The notes beneath the pieces were generated by a model. That model had not been told where the DNA came from. It was given only the letters and a program-made list of their open reading frames with translations, and did no database searches. Shown here in pieces: positions 9,174 to 19,060 of a stretch of DNA of 64,000 nucleotides; the stretch's first letter is position 1, and each line of letters starts with the position of its first letter. This stretch comes from a virus: positions 47,211-111,210 of the IMG/VR virus record IMGVR_UViG_3300028920_000043; one strand, 5' to 3'. The translations under genes were made by a program, and so were the position numbers.

Positions 9174-11575
9174 TATCCGCTCCAGTAAGCTCTGCGTTCA
9201 CTCAATGACGTTTGTCCGGATCCCTCAACTTCAAACTGACGTAACCGAACTTGAATAGCACCCAGAGCTTTTCGTTCTGCTTCGGTATTAATATACTGCT
9301 TCTGTTGATCAATGAGATCTAAAAATCCCTTATATGTTTCTTCTTTCATTGTACGCGACTTGCCCAGCAACTCGCGCAGCAGTTTTACCTGTGATAGTAA
9401 TTGTGGTACTACATTTCTGTCCTCAACCACTGCCTCTCCCCCAGTCTTTGCTTCCTTAGGCGCTACTGCTTTCTTTGCTTCGACCGACGCTGCTTTCATT
9501 CGAGAGCCAGCCTCTTTTGCAATACCAGCACCGAAAGGCTGTCCCTTTCCTACATCGGATACCTTCTTCCAAAGATTACCAATTTCTTGTTGCATCAAAG
9601 GAGTAATTCCCTTAACTTTGTTCCGCATATCATCAATCTTAGACTGAGGAATGAGATCCGGCGCTTTGGTTTCGATAATTTGCCGGAGACCCTCATTTAT
9701 GGTCTCACCAGCTTTCTTAGCTTGAATCTTTGCTATCTTGGAAGAGTCACCTAGAAAATCAACCTTTCTTACCTTGATTACTTTTTCCAAACGCAAAGCA
9801 TAAATGGTCTGCTGTGCCTTCTTAATAAAAAAATTCAAGGCATTGTTTAACGATGTAGTAATAGCGGCTGACATTTTCCAAAACATTTGCTGAGCAGTTC
9901 CTGATACTACCTTAAACATTCCAATCATTCTTCCCTTGAAGCTCGCCATCTGTTGCCAAATCCAATTTATTGCTTCGGCAACTTGAGTAGCCATGCTCCA
10001 GAAGGCTACTTGTACCGTTGGTATTGCAGCCTTGATTAATTGAATTCCGATTATGATTCCTTCATAAATTTTCTTTCCTACCCACATTGCCGCAGAACCA
10101 ATTCCTCTTATGGTAGAAGTAATGGAACTGATTACTTCTTTGTTCTTTGCTAAATCCTGCAACTTCAAACCAAGCTGAGTAACCCCTTCTACAAAAGCAC
10201 TACCTGACTCTTTTGCAGGACCAAACAAGTCGATACCAATAGCTCCGACCATATCGATTATTCCGCGTGCCAATGAAGAAACCGCTACCCATATTTTATT
10301 CACCATGGTTCTGAAAGTTTCTGAAGTTCTGACAGACTTCGCCACGGCGCCTATCCAGGCTGCGGTTCTTCTTATGATATTTGACAGCTTCTGGGAATAC
10401 GTCTCGAATACTTCAATGGAAAGAGCCTGCATTGCCGACTTGAGAATATGCAAAGCAGGAAACAATCCTTTATCCATTTCCTTCTGCATTGAAATTGTTC
10501 TTCCTTCAATACCCTGCAATCCTGCTTGATATTTTTTGATTGCTACCGATCCTTTATCCAGTAGCGCCTTTACTGCTGGACCACCACGTTCACCAAACAA
10601 CTCGAAAGCTGTTGCCGAATCCAATCCGGCCTTCTCCATCTTCTGAATGATCTCGGTGAGCGAATTGGTTTTGGGATCGAGATCCGCAACCTCAAGGCCG
10701 TACTTCTTCAATGCCTTGGTCAATGCGGGAGAGGCCTTATACAAAGCTGAAAACATTCTCCTCAAACCTGTGCCGGCCATGCCTCCCTTCAAACCTGACT
10801 CCGCAAGAACGTCCAATGCCGCGGCGGCTTCTTTCACGCTTGTCTTCGCTGTTGTGATTGCCGGAGCCACGAACTTAAATGCTTCCTTCATTTCCATTAT
10901 ATTGGTATTGGCTTGCGCTGAAGCAACAGTAACAATATCCATTACTTCTCCAGCATCCTTCACTTTCTTTGCCAATGGGCCATAAATACGAGCAACGATA
11001 TCCGCAGAATCCGCTAATGCTATATTATTCGCTTGTGCTCCTGCAAGTACCGTACTCATAGCACCAATTGTTTTATCCGCATTGAATCCAGCACGAGTCA
11101 ATAACTCCATACCATCCGCGGCTTCTTTAGCAGTGAACTTTGTAGTCGCTCCTAGATCTTTCGCTTTTGCCCTCATTCTATCCAGAGCTTCCGCAGTATA
11201 ATTTCCTGCGCCGACCATTACTCCTTTTATAATGTTCATCTGCTTTTCAAATGTACCACCTACATAGGTCATTCCGGCAAATGCTATGGTTCCGATTGTC
11301 CCCATTCTCTTTGCCGCTCGACCCAAGCCCTGCACTCCATTGGCGGCCGCTGTTATTCCCTTACTCAATCCTGCAAACGAAACCGCTGCAACCTTTCTCA
11401 TGGATGCCGCCATGAGTGTAAGCGATTTAGAAGCAACTGAAGCAGAGGCAGCAACAGTCCGTGCCATTCCGGATAGTGACGCCAACTTTGCCGCCGCCAT
11501 TCTTATGCCAGTATTGAATTTCCTTACATTGGCAGAAACACGAACTGAAAGATCACCAATCACTTGTGCAGGCAT
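9173..11575 (-). CDS. tail tape measure protein (TP901-type core)
   Basis: IGDLSVRVSA N-terminus; AKDLGATTKFTAKEAADGM, ANTNIMEMKEAFKFVAP and GLKGGMAGTGLR motifs; Ala-rich, 800 aa. Confidence 0.95.
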   Translation of the reverse strand: MPAQVIGDLSVRVSANVRKFNTGIRMAAAKLASLSGMARTVAASASVASKSLTLMAASMRKVAAVSFAGLSKGITAAANGVQGLGRAAKRMGTIGTIAFAGMTYVGGTFEKQMNIIKGVMVGAGNYTAEALDRMRAKAKDLGATTKFTAKEAADGMELLTRAGFNADKTIGAMSTVLAGAQANNIALADSADIVARIYGPLAKKVKDAGEVMDIVTVASAQANTNIMEMKEAFKFVAPAITTAKTSVKEAAAALDVLAESGLKGGMAGTGLRRMFSALYKASPALTKALKKYGLEVADLDPKTNSLTEIIQKMEKAGLDSATAFELFGERGGPAVKALLDKGSVAIKKYQAGLQGIEGRTISMQKEMDKGLFPALHILKSAMQALSIEVFETYSQKLSNIIRRTAAWIGAVAKSVRTSETFRTMVNKIWVAVSSLARGIIDMVGAIGIDLFGPAKESGSAFVEGVTQLGLKLQDLAKNKEVISSITSTIRGIGSAAMWVGKKIYEGIIIGIQLIKAAIPTVQVAFWSMATQVAEAINWIWQQMASFKGRMIGMFKVVSGTAQQMFWKMSAAITTSLNNALNFFIKKAQQTIYALRLEKVIKVRKVDFLGDSSKIAKIQAKKAGETINEGLRQIIETKAPDLIPQSKIDDMRNKVKGITPLMQQEIGNLWKKVSDVGKGQPFGAGIAKEAGSRMKAASVEAKKAVAPKEAKTGGEAVVEDRNVVPQLLSQVKLLRELLGKSRTMKEETYKGFLDLIDQQKQYINTEAERKALGAIQVRLRQFEVEGSGQTSLSERRAYWSG

Positions 11576-11576
11576 A

Positions 11577-11912
11577 TCAACTCCTTGCTTTCGCTTTCGC
11601 TACATTCAAACACGCTTGCCGAGTGTCCATGACTATTGAACCATCCTGCTTATCCGGATCAACTCCATGCAGAATGAACCACGCTCTCAATCCGTCTTCG
11701 GAATCGCAGTCTATAACATCCTTTCTTTTTGATGAAGGCAAAGAATCAGGATGTTCTGATAATGCCAATTCCAAATCTTCTTGATCTTCTCCTATCCGTT
11801 TGAGAAGCTCAAAAGCCATAGTAGAATCCAGGCTCTCGATATACTCAATGGACCATCCATAGGACGTAGCAAGTCTATGGATTAAATCGACAAGGTTTAT
11901 TCCGAAGGGTTT
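11577..11912 (-). CDS. tail assembly chaperone T segment, expressed as a G-T fusion by -1 frameshift
   Basis: The -1 frame is open from the heptamer A AAC CCT through INLVDLIHRLATSYGWSIEYIESL into ORF 11577..11819; lies between chaperone G and tape measure. Confidence 0.75.
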   Translation of the reverse strand, partial: KPFGINLVDLIHRLATSYGWSIEYIESLDSTMAFELLKRIGEDQEDLELALSEHPDSLPSSKRKDVIDCDSEDGLRAWFILHGVDPDKQDGSIVMDTRQACLNVAKAKARS

Positions 11913-12232
11913 TCAGCTTCTGAATCTCCTTCGTTCTGTTTGGGCATTTTTCCCGAAATCAAGTCGGTAATTATTTCAACGTCTCCCATATCCACGACTT
12001 TACTCACCCTCTCTTCAGTTATATCTGAATGAGTACGCCGTGCTGATGCCGTGAACAAACGAAGGATTAACTGCCACTGTTCGATGATAGGCGTTTGATC
12101 TCCTTCTGCGTTCAACTTCATCAGCTTTTCCAGATCTTCACCATGCTGCATCATCTGCTCTATGGTGTACGGGCGAAACGTTACTTGCTCACTACCATCC
12201 TCCGACTTCAATACTACCCTTACCTTACTCAT
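11897..12232 (-). CDS. tail assembly chaperone (lambda gpG analogue)
   Basis: Acidic 111-aa protein between tail tube and tape measure, ending in a slippery site. Confidence 0.8.
   Translation of the reverse strand: MSKVRVVLKSEDGSEQVTFRPYTIEQMMQHGEDLEKLMKLNAEGDQTPIIEQWQLILRLFTASARRTHSDITEERVSKVVDMGDVEIITDLISGKMPKQNEGDSEAENPSE
11906..11912 (-). other. programmed -1 ribosomal frameshift heptamer A AAC CCT
   Basis: X XXY YYZ pattern in frame, three codons before the G stop; a TGA in the -1 frame lies immediately upstream. Confidence 0.7.
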
Positions 12233-12273
12233 AATAATCCTCTCCTTCGTTAAAAATGAAACATGCTACTTGC

Positions 12274-12672
12274 TTATGACGTTTGCTTCGTCATATCACT
12301 TCCCGGATCGATCTGCCGGAAGGTAAATGTACCGGTGACATAATCGGTCTGGGCTGAACTGATTTCGTGAGAAACCAATTTGCATCCCGCGATAGTACCG
12401 ACCAAGCCACCACTGTTCTTTCCAACACCCAGAACCACATCGACCTTAGCACCATCCAAGATATCCTGGATATTGCCATACGTGTTGATTCTGATTGCCG
12501 TTGCTGTGATCTCAACCGACATATCGCCGAGTTCGATTGCCAAGGGTAAACGATAATCTCCACCGCGCAGTTCTTCCGGCGAACCATCATAGCTCACAGT
12601 GCAATCTTGCAGGGTACCGATGTCATTGCCACCCATCTGCAATGTTCCAACTGAAAAACGATACTTAGCCAT
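12274..12672 (-). CDS. tail tube (major tail) protein
   Basis: IGTLQDCTVSYD...ELRG....P.AI......EITA pattern; position upstream of the chaperones. Confidence 0.7.
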   Translation of the reverse strand: MAKYRFSVGTLQMGGNDIGTLQDCTVSYDGSPEELRGGDYRLPLAIELGDMSVEITATAIRINTYGNIQDILDGAKVDVVLGVGKNSGGLVGTIAGCKLVSHEISSAQTDYVTGTFTFRQIDPGSDMTKQTS

Positions 12673-12693
12673 TTATAATCTCCTTCTCAAAGA

Positions 12694-13956
12694 TTAAGTT
12701 AACAAAGAGCTGACTGTCTCAATCCTAGAATCCCATGAGCATTCAAGAACTTCTTTATACAGATTTTCAGCTCTTAAATTTCTTTCAGAGCTATCTCGCT
12801 CTACTGCTTTCATTTTATCAACCAAATCATCCTCATCTACAACTGCAAATTCTTCTCCTTTATAATAATCAGAAGTACCCAAATAAAGATCTTTATCCGC
12901 TTCCCGAAATCCTTTCACGCGCACCAAATAAGAATTGCCGTGGTTCAAATAGTCTCGGAATCCACCCCAATCTGTTTGAATCACTGGCTTCTTCATAGCA
13001 CCGAATTGCAATCCGGGCAACCATGTACTTTCTCCCTTGGAAGCGCCGATACCACAATCCATTCTTGCCATGAGATGCGGCATTAAATTCGGATGAAGCG
13101 AAACATCACAGATCTTTATTGTAGGAATCTGTGAGTTAAGGAAATCAGACGTTATATCAGAATACTCTTTTTGTATCGTCCAATGATCCTTTATGAATCT
13201 CTTCCAACCATAAGGCCGATTTGAATACTTGGCAAACATTAAAAGAGCCACGTCCTTCCGGCCTTCAAAAGCACGAATAAAACTTCTTACTATTTCCTTC
13301 ACTCCTTTTCTCGCATTCCATGATCCAACGAATCCAAAAACAAACTTATCCTGCAATCCTTCAATCTTCATGGGTTCCACGTTTGGATTATACTTGTTAA
13401 TATCGACACCCAAACGAACTACCTTTACCGAGCATCCGGTTACTTTCAAATACTCGAATCTCACCTTGTCCAATGGCGTAGGCATCCAAACTTCGTCCAC
13501 CTGATCAAACCATTTCTTCATATACTTTGGAAACTTTCGGCTCTCCGTCATCGTCCACGCTATTTTTGTTTTTACTTTCCGCTTCCTTTCATGCCACATC
13601 CAACCAGGGCCGGCAATCAATAGCATAGTAGCCTTTTTTGGATTGACTCTCCGGAATGTATAGCGTAGAATTCGCTGATACTCAAATGGATCCAGATCTA
13701 TCAGCGATGGTATTTTCTCAAGCTGTATGTGAAACTTATGACTCTCATCCAATCGTGTCAATACTTCTCTCGTATGCTCCGCATATCCTCCAAGAAAATC
13801 AGTGAAGCCTTTTATCAATAATGGAGTGCTGTCAATATTAGACAATGAAAAGAAATTAAATGTCCGATCATTACAAGTCACGGATTCCAAGCTCTCTGGA
13901 TTGAGCGTTGGAAAATCAGACTTCTTTTGGTTTACTTTTCTTGTATCTAACTTCAT
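12694..13956 (-). CDS. glycosyltransferase family 4 (GT-B)
   Basis: GYAEH, WTMTE, LGVD...YNP, FVFGFVGSWNARKG, SKGESTWLP and KPVIQTDWGG motifs. Confidence 0.9.
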   Translation of the reverse strand: MKLDTRKVNQKKSDFPTLNPESLESVTCNDRTFNFFSLSNIDSTPLLIKGFTDFLGGYAEHTREVLTRLDESHKFHIQLEKIPSLIDLDPFEYQRILRYTFRRVNPKKATMLLIAGPGWMWHERKRKVKTKIAWTMTESRKFPKYMKKWFDQVDEVWMPTPLDKVRFEYLKVTGCSVKVVRLGVDINKYNPNVEPMKIEGLQDKFVFGFVGSWNARKGVKEIVRSFIRAFEGRKDVALLMFAKYSNRPYGWKRFIKDHWTIQKEYSDITSDFLNSQIPTIKICDVSLHPNLMPHLMARMDCGIGASKGESTWLPGLQFGAMKKPVIQTDWGGFRDYLNHGNSYLVRVKGFREADKDLYLGTSDYYKGEEFAVVDEDDLVDKMKAVERDSSERNLRAENLYKEVLECSWDSRIETVSSLLT

Positions 13957-14438
13957 TTCATCTTATACACTTTCTTGAACCGACTCAATAATACGCGCTC
14001 ACCATATTTGATTGCCGGCCTCATAAACGGTTGTTTCTTTTGTCCTTTGACCCTCTTTCTTACTATCTCTGTTCCATCCGGCAACTCAAATGCCATTGCT
14101 TCCTGCGTCTTCGGATAGATCCATTGCTTCTTCGGACCGTACATTCCAGTTCCATACTCAACAAAGTACGCATAAGGAATATCTGTCTTTCCTTGCATCC
14201 GTGTTCCAACATAACCCTCAAAAACATGAGGACCGCTTTTGGTCATCCAACTCTCAATGCTTGCTGCCAAAGCACCTGATTCACCAACCGGAGCTTTTTC
14301 AGTTGCTCGCGTCTCCACCGCCAGCAGTATTTGCTGAAATGCCATCTTTGCTTCCAATTGCTTTTGTTTGCGAACCATTGCAAACTTCCGCATGAGGCTT
14401 GGAAGCCCGATGACTTTTATCTCTACTACGCCTGCCAT
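13953..14438 (-). CDS. HK97 gp10-family neck/tail-completion protein
   Basis: APVGESGALAASI, YAYFVEYGTG and QPFMRPA motifs. Confidence 0.9.
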   Translation of the reverse strand: MAGVVEIKVIGLPSLMRKFAMVRKQKQLEAKMAFQQILLAVETRATEKAPVGESGALAASIESWMTKSGPHVFEGYVGTRMQGKTDIPYAYFVEYGTGMYGPKKQWIYPKTQEAMAFELPDGTEIVRKRVKGQKKQPFMRPAIKYGERVLLSRFKKVYKMK

Positions 14439-14785
14439 CAGTCGTTCTCGTCATCAGTATGCTGAATCTCATCAGCAAGAATTTCCAAATGATGTCCTTG
14501 TCCACCTGCATCGTGAGGCTTAATTATTTTATACCTATCCGAGTTGACCCAGATCTCGTAGTTATTTTTTACTGGCGCATTGATAGAAGCGAAGATAACC
14601 ACATCGGCATTTGTAACTTCACCAAACTCCTCCTGCTCCTCCTTAGCGCTTATGGGCTGAACTCGAACTCTAACCTCTGATGCTATGATCTGCAGAACAT
14701 TCTTGGACTCACCGAACTCGTTTACCGATCCAGCAGTCCATTTCTTAATAACGGCCGTAGTATTCAATAAAGAACTGAAAGACAT
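14438..14785 (-). CDS. head-tail adaptor/head closure protein (SPP1 gp16-like)
   Basis: NEFGE...VRVQP...YKII...GHHLEI pattern; position in the neck module. Confidence 0.8.
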   Translation of the reverse strand: MSFSSLLNTTAVIKKWTAGSVNEFGESKNVLQIIASEVRVRVQPISAKEEQEEFGEVTNADVVIFASINAPVKNNYEIWVNSDRYKIIKPHDAGGQGHHLEILADEIQHTDDEND

Positions 14786-14802
14786 TTCTGATTCCTCAAG
14801 AC

Positions 14803-15237
14803 TTATGGATCGTTGTTTGCTGGATCTTCCTCATACACCGTGTCAAAGTTTATTGGGTATGACCATATATCCAGATCAGAATCATATACCGCGAATCCTC
14901 CTCCCGACTTTACAAACAAGTTTACTACCAAGCCACCGGTGCTCAGTGCTACATTCTGTTTGTTTAGTAAGGTAATCAATCGCTCACCAATATCACTCAC
15001 CAATGTCTTGTAAGGCTGATCATCCGACCCCTTGACCCACGCAGTAATTATTATGGTGTCGCTTGCTGATGGAAATACAGCATGGCTCTCGCCAGGCGTC
15101 TCGCGTATAGTGATCATCGGATAAGTCATGTCCTTCTCAGGATCGACCCATCCGGTTTTGACTTTCTTAACAGGACTGGGATAGAGCTGGTTGTCCTGCA
15201 TTATTCGCGTCAGGATATTTGGAATTAACAATGGCAT
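14803..15237 (-). CDS. putative tail terminator
   Basis: YPMITI...IITAW pattern; neck module. Confidence 0.55.
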   Translation of the reverse strand: MPLLIPNILTRIMQDNQLYPSPVKKVKTGWVDPEKDMTYPMITIRETPGESHAVFPSASDTIIITAWVKGSDDQPYKTLVSDIGERLITLLNKQNVALSTGGLVVNLFVKSGGGFAVYDSDLDIWSYPINFDTVYEEDPANNDP

Positions 15238-15887
15238 TATATTGCCTCCCCTACTATATCACCCGCACCACCATACCGAGACATGATGTCATCCATCTCC
15301 TCTTCGATGACTTGCTTGGGCGATAACGTTTCACCGGTTGACTTTTTCTTGTAGGAGTATCGACCAATCGTCTCGGCTATGATGTCACCGGTTGCTTCTC
15401 CTCCTTTGAACGTCAACGCTTTCTTGACCACAAACAAAGTGGCGAGTGCTATAATATCATTCGGAACTGTTGGCCATCCGAATATGCCAGTGATCTCGAT
15501 ATTCAACAGTCCGCGTTTCTCCGGGGAGTAATCAGGGCTTATCGTCCTGACGTAAGAACCGTCCACTTGCAAGTCCGAAAGATCATCCGCCCAACTGGTC
15601 AGGCGGATGTATCCTTCTGAAGTGTAGATCTTCATATTTGCAGCATCAACTTCGTTGCCATCAATCTTCAGACTGGAAATAGATTGGATCGGACCATGGG
15701 TCTCTCGCTGATTGATGTCGATGAAGTTCGAGTCAATCGAATCTATCTCTATTGTTTCTGATTCGGTATTGCCGAACTTTCCAAGATTAGAATTCACAAA
15801 ATCATCTGCTTCTTGGATCCATGTATCCGGAATATCCGCTTCGGCAATGCCATACTCTGTTACTTTTGTTTTATTTGTATATGGCAT
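15237..15887 (-). CDS. head-tail connector (gp6/gp15-like)
   Basis: MPYT.....Y...I.EA...VN, GWPTVPNDI...A and ETIGRYSY motifs. Confidence 0.8.
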   Translation of the reverse strand: MPYTNKTKVTEYGIAEADIPDTWIQEADDFVNSNLGKFGNTESETIEIDSIDSNFIDINQRETHGPIQSISSLKIDGNEVDAANMKIYTSEGYIRLTSWADDLSDLQVDGSYVRTISPDYSPEKRGLLNIEITGIFGWPTVPNDIIALATLFVVKKALTFKGGEATGDIIAETIGRYSYKKKSTGETLSPKQVIEEEMDDIMSRYGGAGDIVGEAI

Positions 15888-15898
15888 TTCCTATCTCC

Positions 15899-16936
15899 TC
15901 AAAAAATATCACCGCACTCCGCAAAAAAGCTTTCCATATCTTTCATCAGGTTCAGAAACTTTATGTTGTAATATTTTGGATTGAGAAGATCAGAACGATC
16001 TGGAAACTCACTCATCAACTGTTTCCACAATGTCTGTACCGTTTCAATCACTCCCGTCTTTGGCGCATCGAATCCAATTAACTGTTTAAGCCTCTCTCCT
16101 GATATACTGTAACTTCTGACTTCCCTGCTGTCGTAGTCCGGAATCACTTCTATAGGAATATCCGGCTCTACTGTATGTATGCAATGCCGAACATAATTTC
16201 CAAGCTCAGAAATACGGTAGTTCTTATGCATTACATTTACTGTCTGATACTTTATATTATCTATCGGCATTTCCAGTAGCTTTGTCCAAACTTTCGCCAC
16301 GTCTACAACGTTCACCAATGGACGCCAACACTCCCCTCCGGCTACCAACAAAATCCGACCAAGAAGTAATGCGTCCTTGACCATCGTATTCACCACCAGA
16401 TCAAACCGCGGCCGGATAGATGCACCCATCACTGTCGCTTGCCGAAGCAATGTAGGTTTGAGTGTTCCGTGCTCCGCGATCTTTAACATTCCGCATTCCG
16501 CATTGTACTTTGCTTCCGCGTAGAATGATTTAGGATCTACAGGACTTTCTTCCGTGAGAATATTCGTATCCTGGAATCCATACACTGCGGCAGAAGACGC
16601 AAAGATGAAACGCTCAATTCCAGCCTTCGCGCACTCCTCCGCGAACTTCACAGCACCAACATTGTTTATGGCATCGTTGGCCTCCGGATTAAAATTCGCC
16701 ATTGGATCGTTTGACAATCCAGCAAGATGGCAAACGGCATCAAAGCCTTTCAAATCCTCAGCGGTGAATGATCTGAAATCCTTTCGGATGAACTCAGGCC
16801 GACCACTCAGCTCATTTAGATATTCTGTTCCGAACATTCCTTTATCCACAATCGTTATGGCATAGCCTTCGCCAAGAAGAATGTCAGACAGCACTGTACC
16901 AATATATCCTAGACCACCTGTTACCAAAATCTTCAT
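15899..16936 (-). CDS. NAD-dependent NDP-sugar epimerase/dehydratase (extended SDR)
   Basis: TGGLGYIG, HLAGLSNDP, ASSAAVYG, YAEAK and RFDLVVN motifs. Confidence 0.92.
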   Translation of the reverse strand: MKILVTGGLGYIGTVLSDILLGEGYAITIVDKGMFGTEYLNELSGRPEFIRKDFRSFTAEDLKGFDAVCHLAGLSNDPMANFNPEANDAINNVGAVKFAEECAKAGIERFIFASSAAVYGFQDTNILTEESPVDPKSFYAEAKYNAECGMLKIAEHGTLKPTLLRQATVMGASIRPRFDLVVNTMVKDALLLGRILLVAGGECWRPLVNVVDVAKVWTKLLEMPIDNIKYQTVNVMHKNYRISELGNYVRHCIHTVEPDIPIEVIPDYDSREVRSYSISGERLKQLIGFDAPKTGVIETVQTLWKQLMSEFPDRSDLLNPKYYNIKFLNLMKDMESFFAECGDIF

Positions 16937-16952
16937 TTCCTGATCCGTCCTC

Positions 16953-17228
16953 TCATTTTGAATAGAATTCTTTTTCCTTCTCGTCAGAAGTACGTTTCCC
17001 TAATCCCGACACTCGCTCATTCTCAGCAGAGTTGAACCAGCGTCTCGATTTCTTTTCCCACGTCCAAGGACCATTGACATTAGAGTCCTTAAACAACACT
17101 TGAGGATTTCCGATCTTGCGTTCCATCTTGTGCTTGCACTTCGGACACGCAACAAGCGGATTCTCCTTCATAGAGTGAGTCACTTCTTTCTCGAAGTTGC
17201 ATACCGGACAGTAATAATCATACCGCAT
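16953..17228 (-). CDS. FmdB-family zinc-ribbon protein
   Basis: YDYYCPVC..EKEV.HSM.E......CPKC...MER.I pattern. Confidence 0.85.
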   Translation of the reverse strand: MRYDYYCPVCNFEKEVTHSMKENPLVACPKCKHKMERKIGNPQVLFKDSNVNGPWTWEKKSRRWFNSAENERVSGLGKRTSDEKEKEFYSK

Positions 17229-17254
17229 GAATTCCGCCTCCGCGCGGCTTCCTG

Positions 17255-17272
17255 GCTTTCACGCATGAAAGC
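17255..17272. repeat. palindromic element, copy 1 (GCTTTCACGCATGAAAGC)
   Basis: Exact 18-bp match to the copies at 45.3 and 63 kb; 27 bp upstream of the FmdB-like gene. Confidence 0.9.
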
Positions 17273-17447
17273 CGCATAAATCGATAGGTTTCTCCGCACA
17301 TACCTAAGAAAACCTATACTATTTCCACATCAACCGAATATATGACGCTCTCAGACCGCGCTGAGCGCTCCGGTATACGCCATATGATAAATCACTCATG
17401 CCCTTACATTTCAGTAAGGAATAGCGTAGGATTTCGCAGTGTCCTGA

Positions 17448-17942
17448 TTATTTGAACTGTATATCCCACACGTCCTTTCCCAGGACATCCCAAGAAATGC
17501 GTTCTTCATCAGGATTCTTTTTATTATATATCTCTGATCCGGTCGAGCAGAGAATAGTGTTCTGTTCCAAACTCATCCAGCCATGCCAGATTGTGGGAGG
17601 CACCACAAGCAGTTTCGGAGTTCTCGCGTGAATGTTGAAAATCTTCACCCGGTCCATATTGATATCCGGATCCCCAGACTTAGCCACCAATTCTGCTCCC
17701 GGGATATTATCTATCAATATGAACTTCGCGGATCCGTTGACAATGCAAAAGTAATCCCAGAGAATCCGGTGACGATGAAACGCCCTGACCGTCATCGATT
17801 GCATATCGCCTACCATATAGACCTGACCAAACTTCTCAAAGAACTCATCAGTCTCGTGGACGATTTCAAACAACCAACCGCGGTCATCCTCCATGACCTT
17901 CAAATCCACAAGCTTAACTCTATCCCACAAATCCATTTCCAT
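17448..17942 (-). CDS. rmlC: dTDP-4-dehydrorhamnose 3,5-epimerase-like cupin
   Basis: DDRGWLFE, FGQVY, VRAFHRH and LLVVPPTIWHGW motifs. Confidence 0.85.
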   Translation of the reverse strand: MEMDLWDRVKLVDLKVMEDDRGWLFEIVHETDEFFEKFGQVYMVGDMQSMTVRAFHRHRILWDYFCIVNGSAKFILIDNIPGAELVAKSGDPDINMDRVKIFNIHARTPKLLVVPPTIWHGWMSLEQNTILCSTGSEIYNKKNPDEERISWDVLGKDVWDIQFK

Positions 17943-17962
17943 TCTCCTTACAAAAAATTATC

Positions 17963-19060
17963 CTAGAACTTCCTTCCTATAAAATAATGCAACCAAGTAT
18001 TATCTCCCACCGCGAACTTTGCATTATCGTACTCAATAAAGTAACGCTTGAGTATCGACAAAGCAAACTTGGGCGGGAAGAAATATTGGATCTCGTGCGG
18101 AATATAATCAACTGCTTCCGCTGCCCAGAAAATCAATCCCAGTACTCCGCCGGGTTTGAGTACTCTATTGTATTCACTTATTGCTGATTCTATTTCCTCC
18201 GGATGTATATGATCCAACGTTGACAGATCTAACACCAAATCGAATTTACCATACCAATCTTTTTTCAAGAACCTGACGTCTCCCACTTCCGCATGGATAT
18301 CTGAGAAGTCCGCCTCATTGAATACATCAATATAATACTTTTCAATATCAATAGTATACTTCTCTCCGGTACATTTCAAACGTGGGAAAACACCTCCGGG
18401 CGGGAATCCCATTATCTCGTTATATACGTCTGTCTTCAATACTGTTGGAAGAGCCTTTGAAATGTTCACGCAGTACTGACTGAACCAAATATACTCCTCC
18501 GTAATTCCTTGGCGCCATTTATGTGTTGCGAATACCTGCTTAGTCAATTCATAAATCTGATAATGACGTTTTCCAATAAACGAATCCTCTACCGTTATTG
18601 ATTCTTCCCTTACTAGAGTGTACCATGGGAGCTCTTTTTCAAGACGAGTAAAAAATCCATAGTGCTCTTGCCATGCTATAATTGACTCCACCGCGATATA
18701 CCTAGGACGGAAGCGCCGTACCAGATCTAAGAACGCAAGGTAACCGTATTCACTTTCGTCTTCGTTCTTTGTGAAGTAGCCACCACCCGCACCGATATAT
18801 AAAAGAATATCGCATTGCGTTACTTCTTTAACAAACTCACCATCTGTCTGGCATTTGAAATCAATATCTTCTCTGCAATCAAGATCTCGCGTATCATTTC
18901 CAATATACGCTTTGAAATCATCATCCAGATATTTATGAAGACGCGCAGAGCCACAGTTCAAATCAATAATGACTTTGTTCTTCGTCTTGTCTTTCAAATA
19001 ATTAGCAATGGGAATGAATCTCTCATCCCATTTCTCAGTATCAAGATATTCCCAAGCCAT
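17963..19060 (-). CDS. SAM-dependent methyltransferase, apparently two MTase-like domains
   Basis: IIDLNCG in the N-terminal half; GDVRFL...FDLVLDLSTLDHI...EYNRVLKPGG in the C-terminal half. Confidence 0.8.
   Translation of the reverse strand: MAWEYLDTEKWDERFIPIANYLKDKTKNKVIIDLNCGSARLHKYLDDDFKAYIGNDTRDLDCREDIDFKCQTDGEFVKEVTQCDILLYIGAGGGYFTKNEDESEYGYLAFLDLVRRFRPRYIAVESIIAWQEHYGFFTRLEKELPWYTLVREESITVEDSFIGKRHYQIYELTKQVFATHKWRQGITEEYIWFSQYCVNISKALPTVLKTDVYNEIMGFPPGGVFPRLKCTGEKYTIDIEKYYIDVFNEADFSDIHAEVGDVRFLKKDWYGKFDLVLDLSTLDHIHPEEIESAISEYNRVLKPGGVLGLIFWAAEAVDYIPHEIQYFFPPKFALSILKRYFIEYDNAKFAVGDNTWLHYFIGRKF

Noticed and set aside
11577-11819. Independent 80-aa gene
   Set aside because: The frame is open upstream to the slippery site with chaperone-like sequence and no clear RBS; better explained as the frameshift extension.
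12274-15887. Contractile (myovirus) tail
   Set aside because: No sheath or baseplate-wedge gene is recognisable in the window.
17255-17272. Palindrome as a CcpA cre or Rex operator
   Set aside because: The half-sites are in the opposite order to cre (TGAAAGCGCTTTCA) and do not match Rex (TTGTGAA-n4-TTCACAA).
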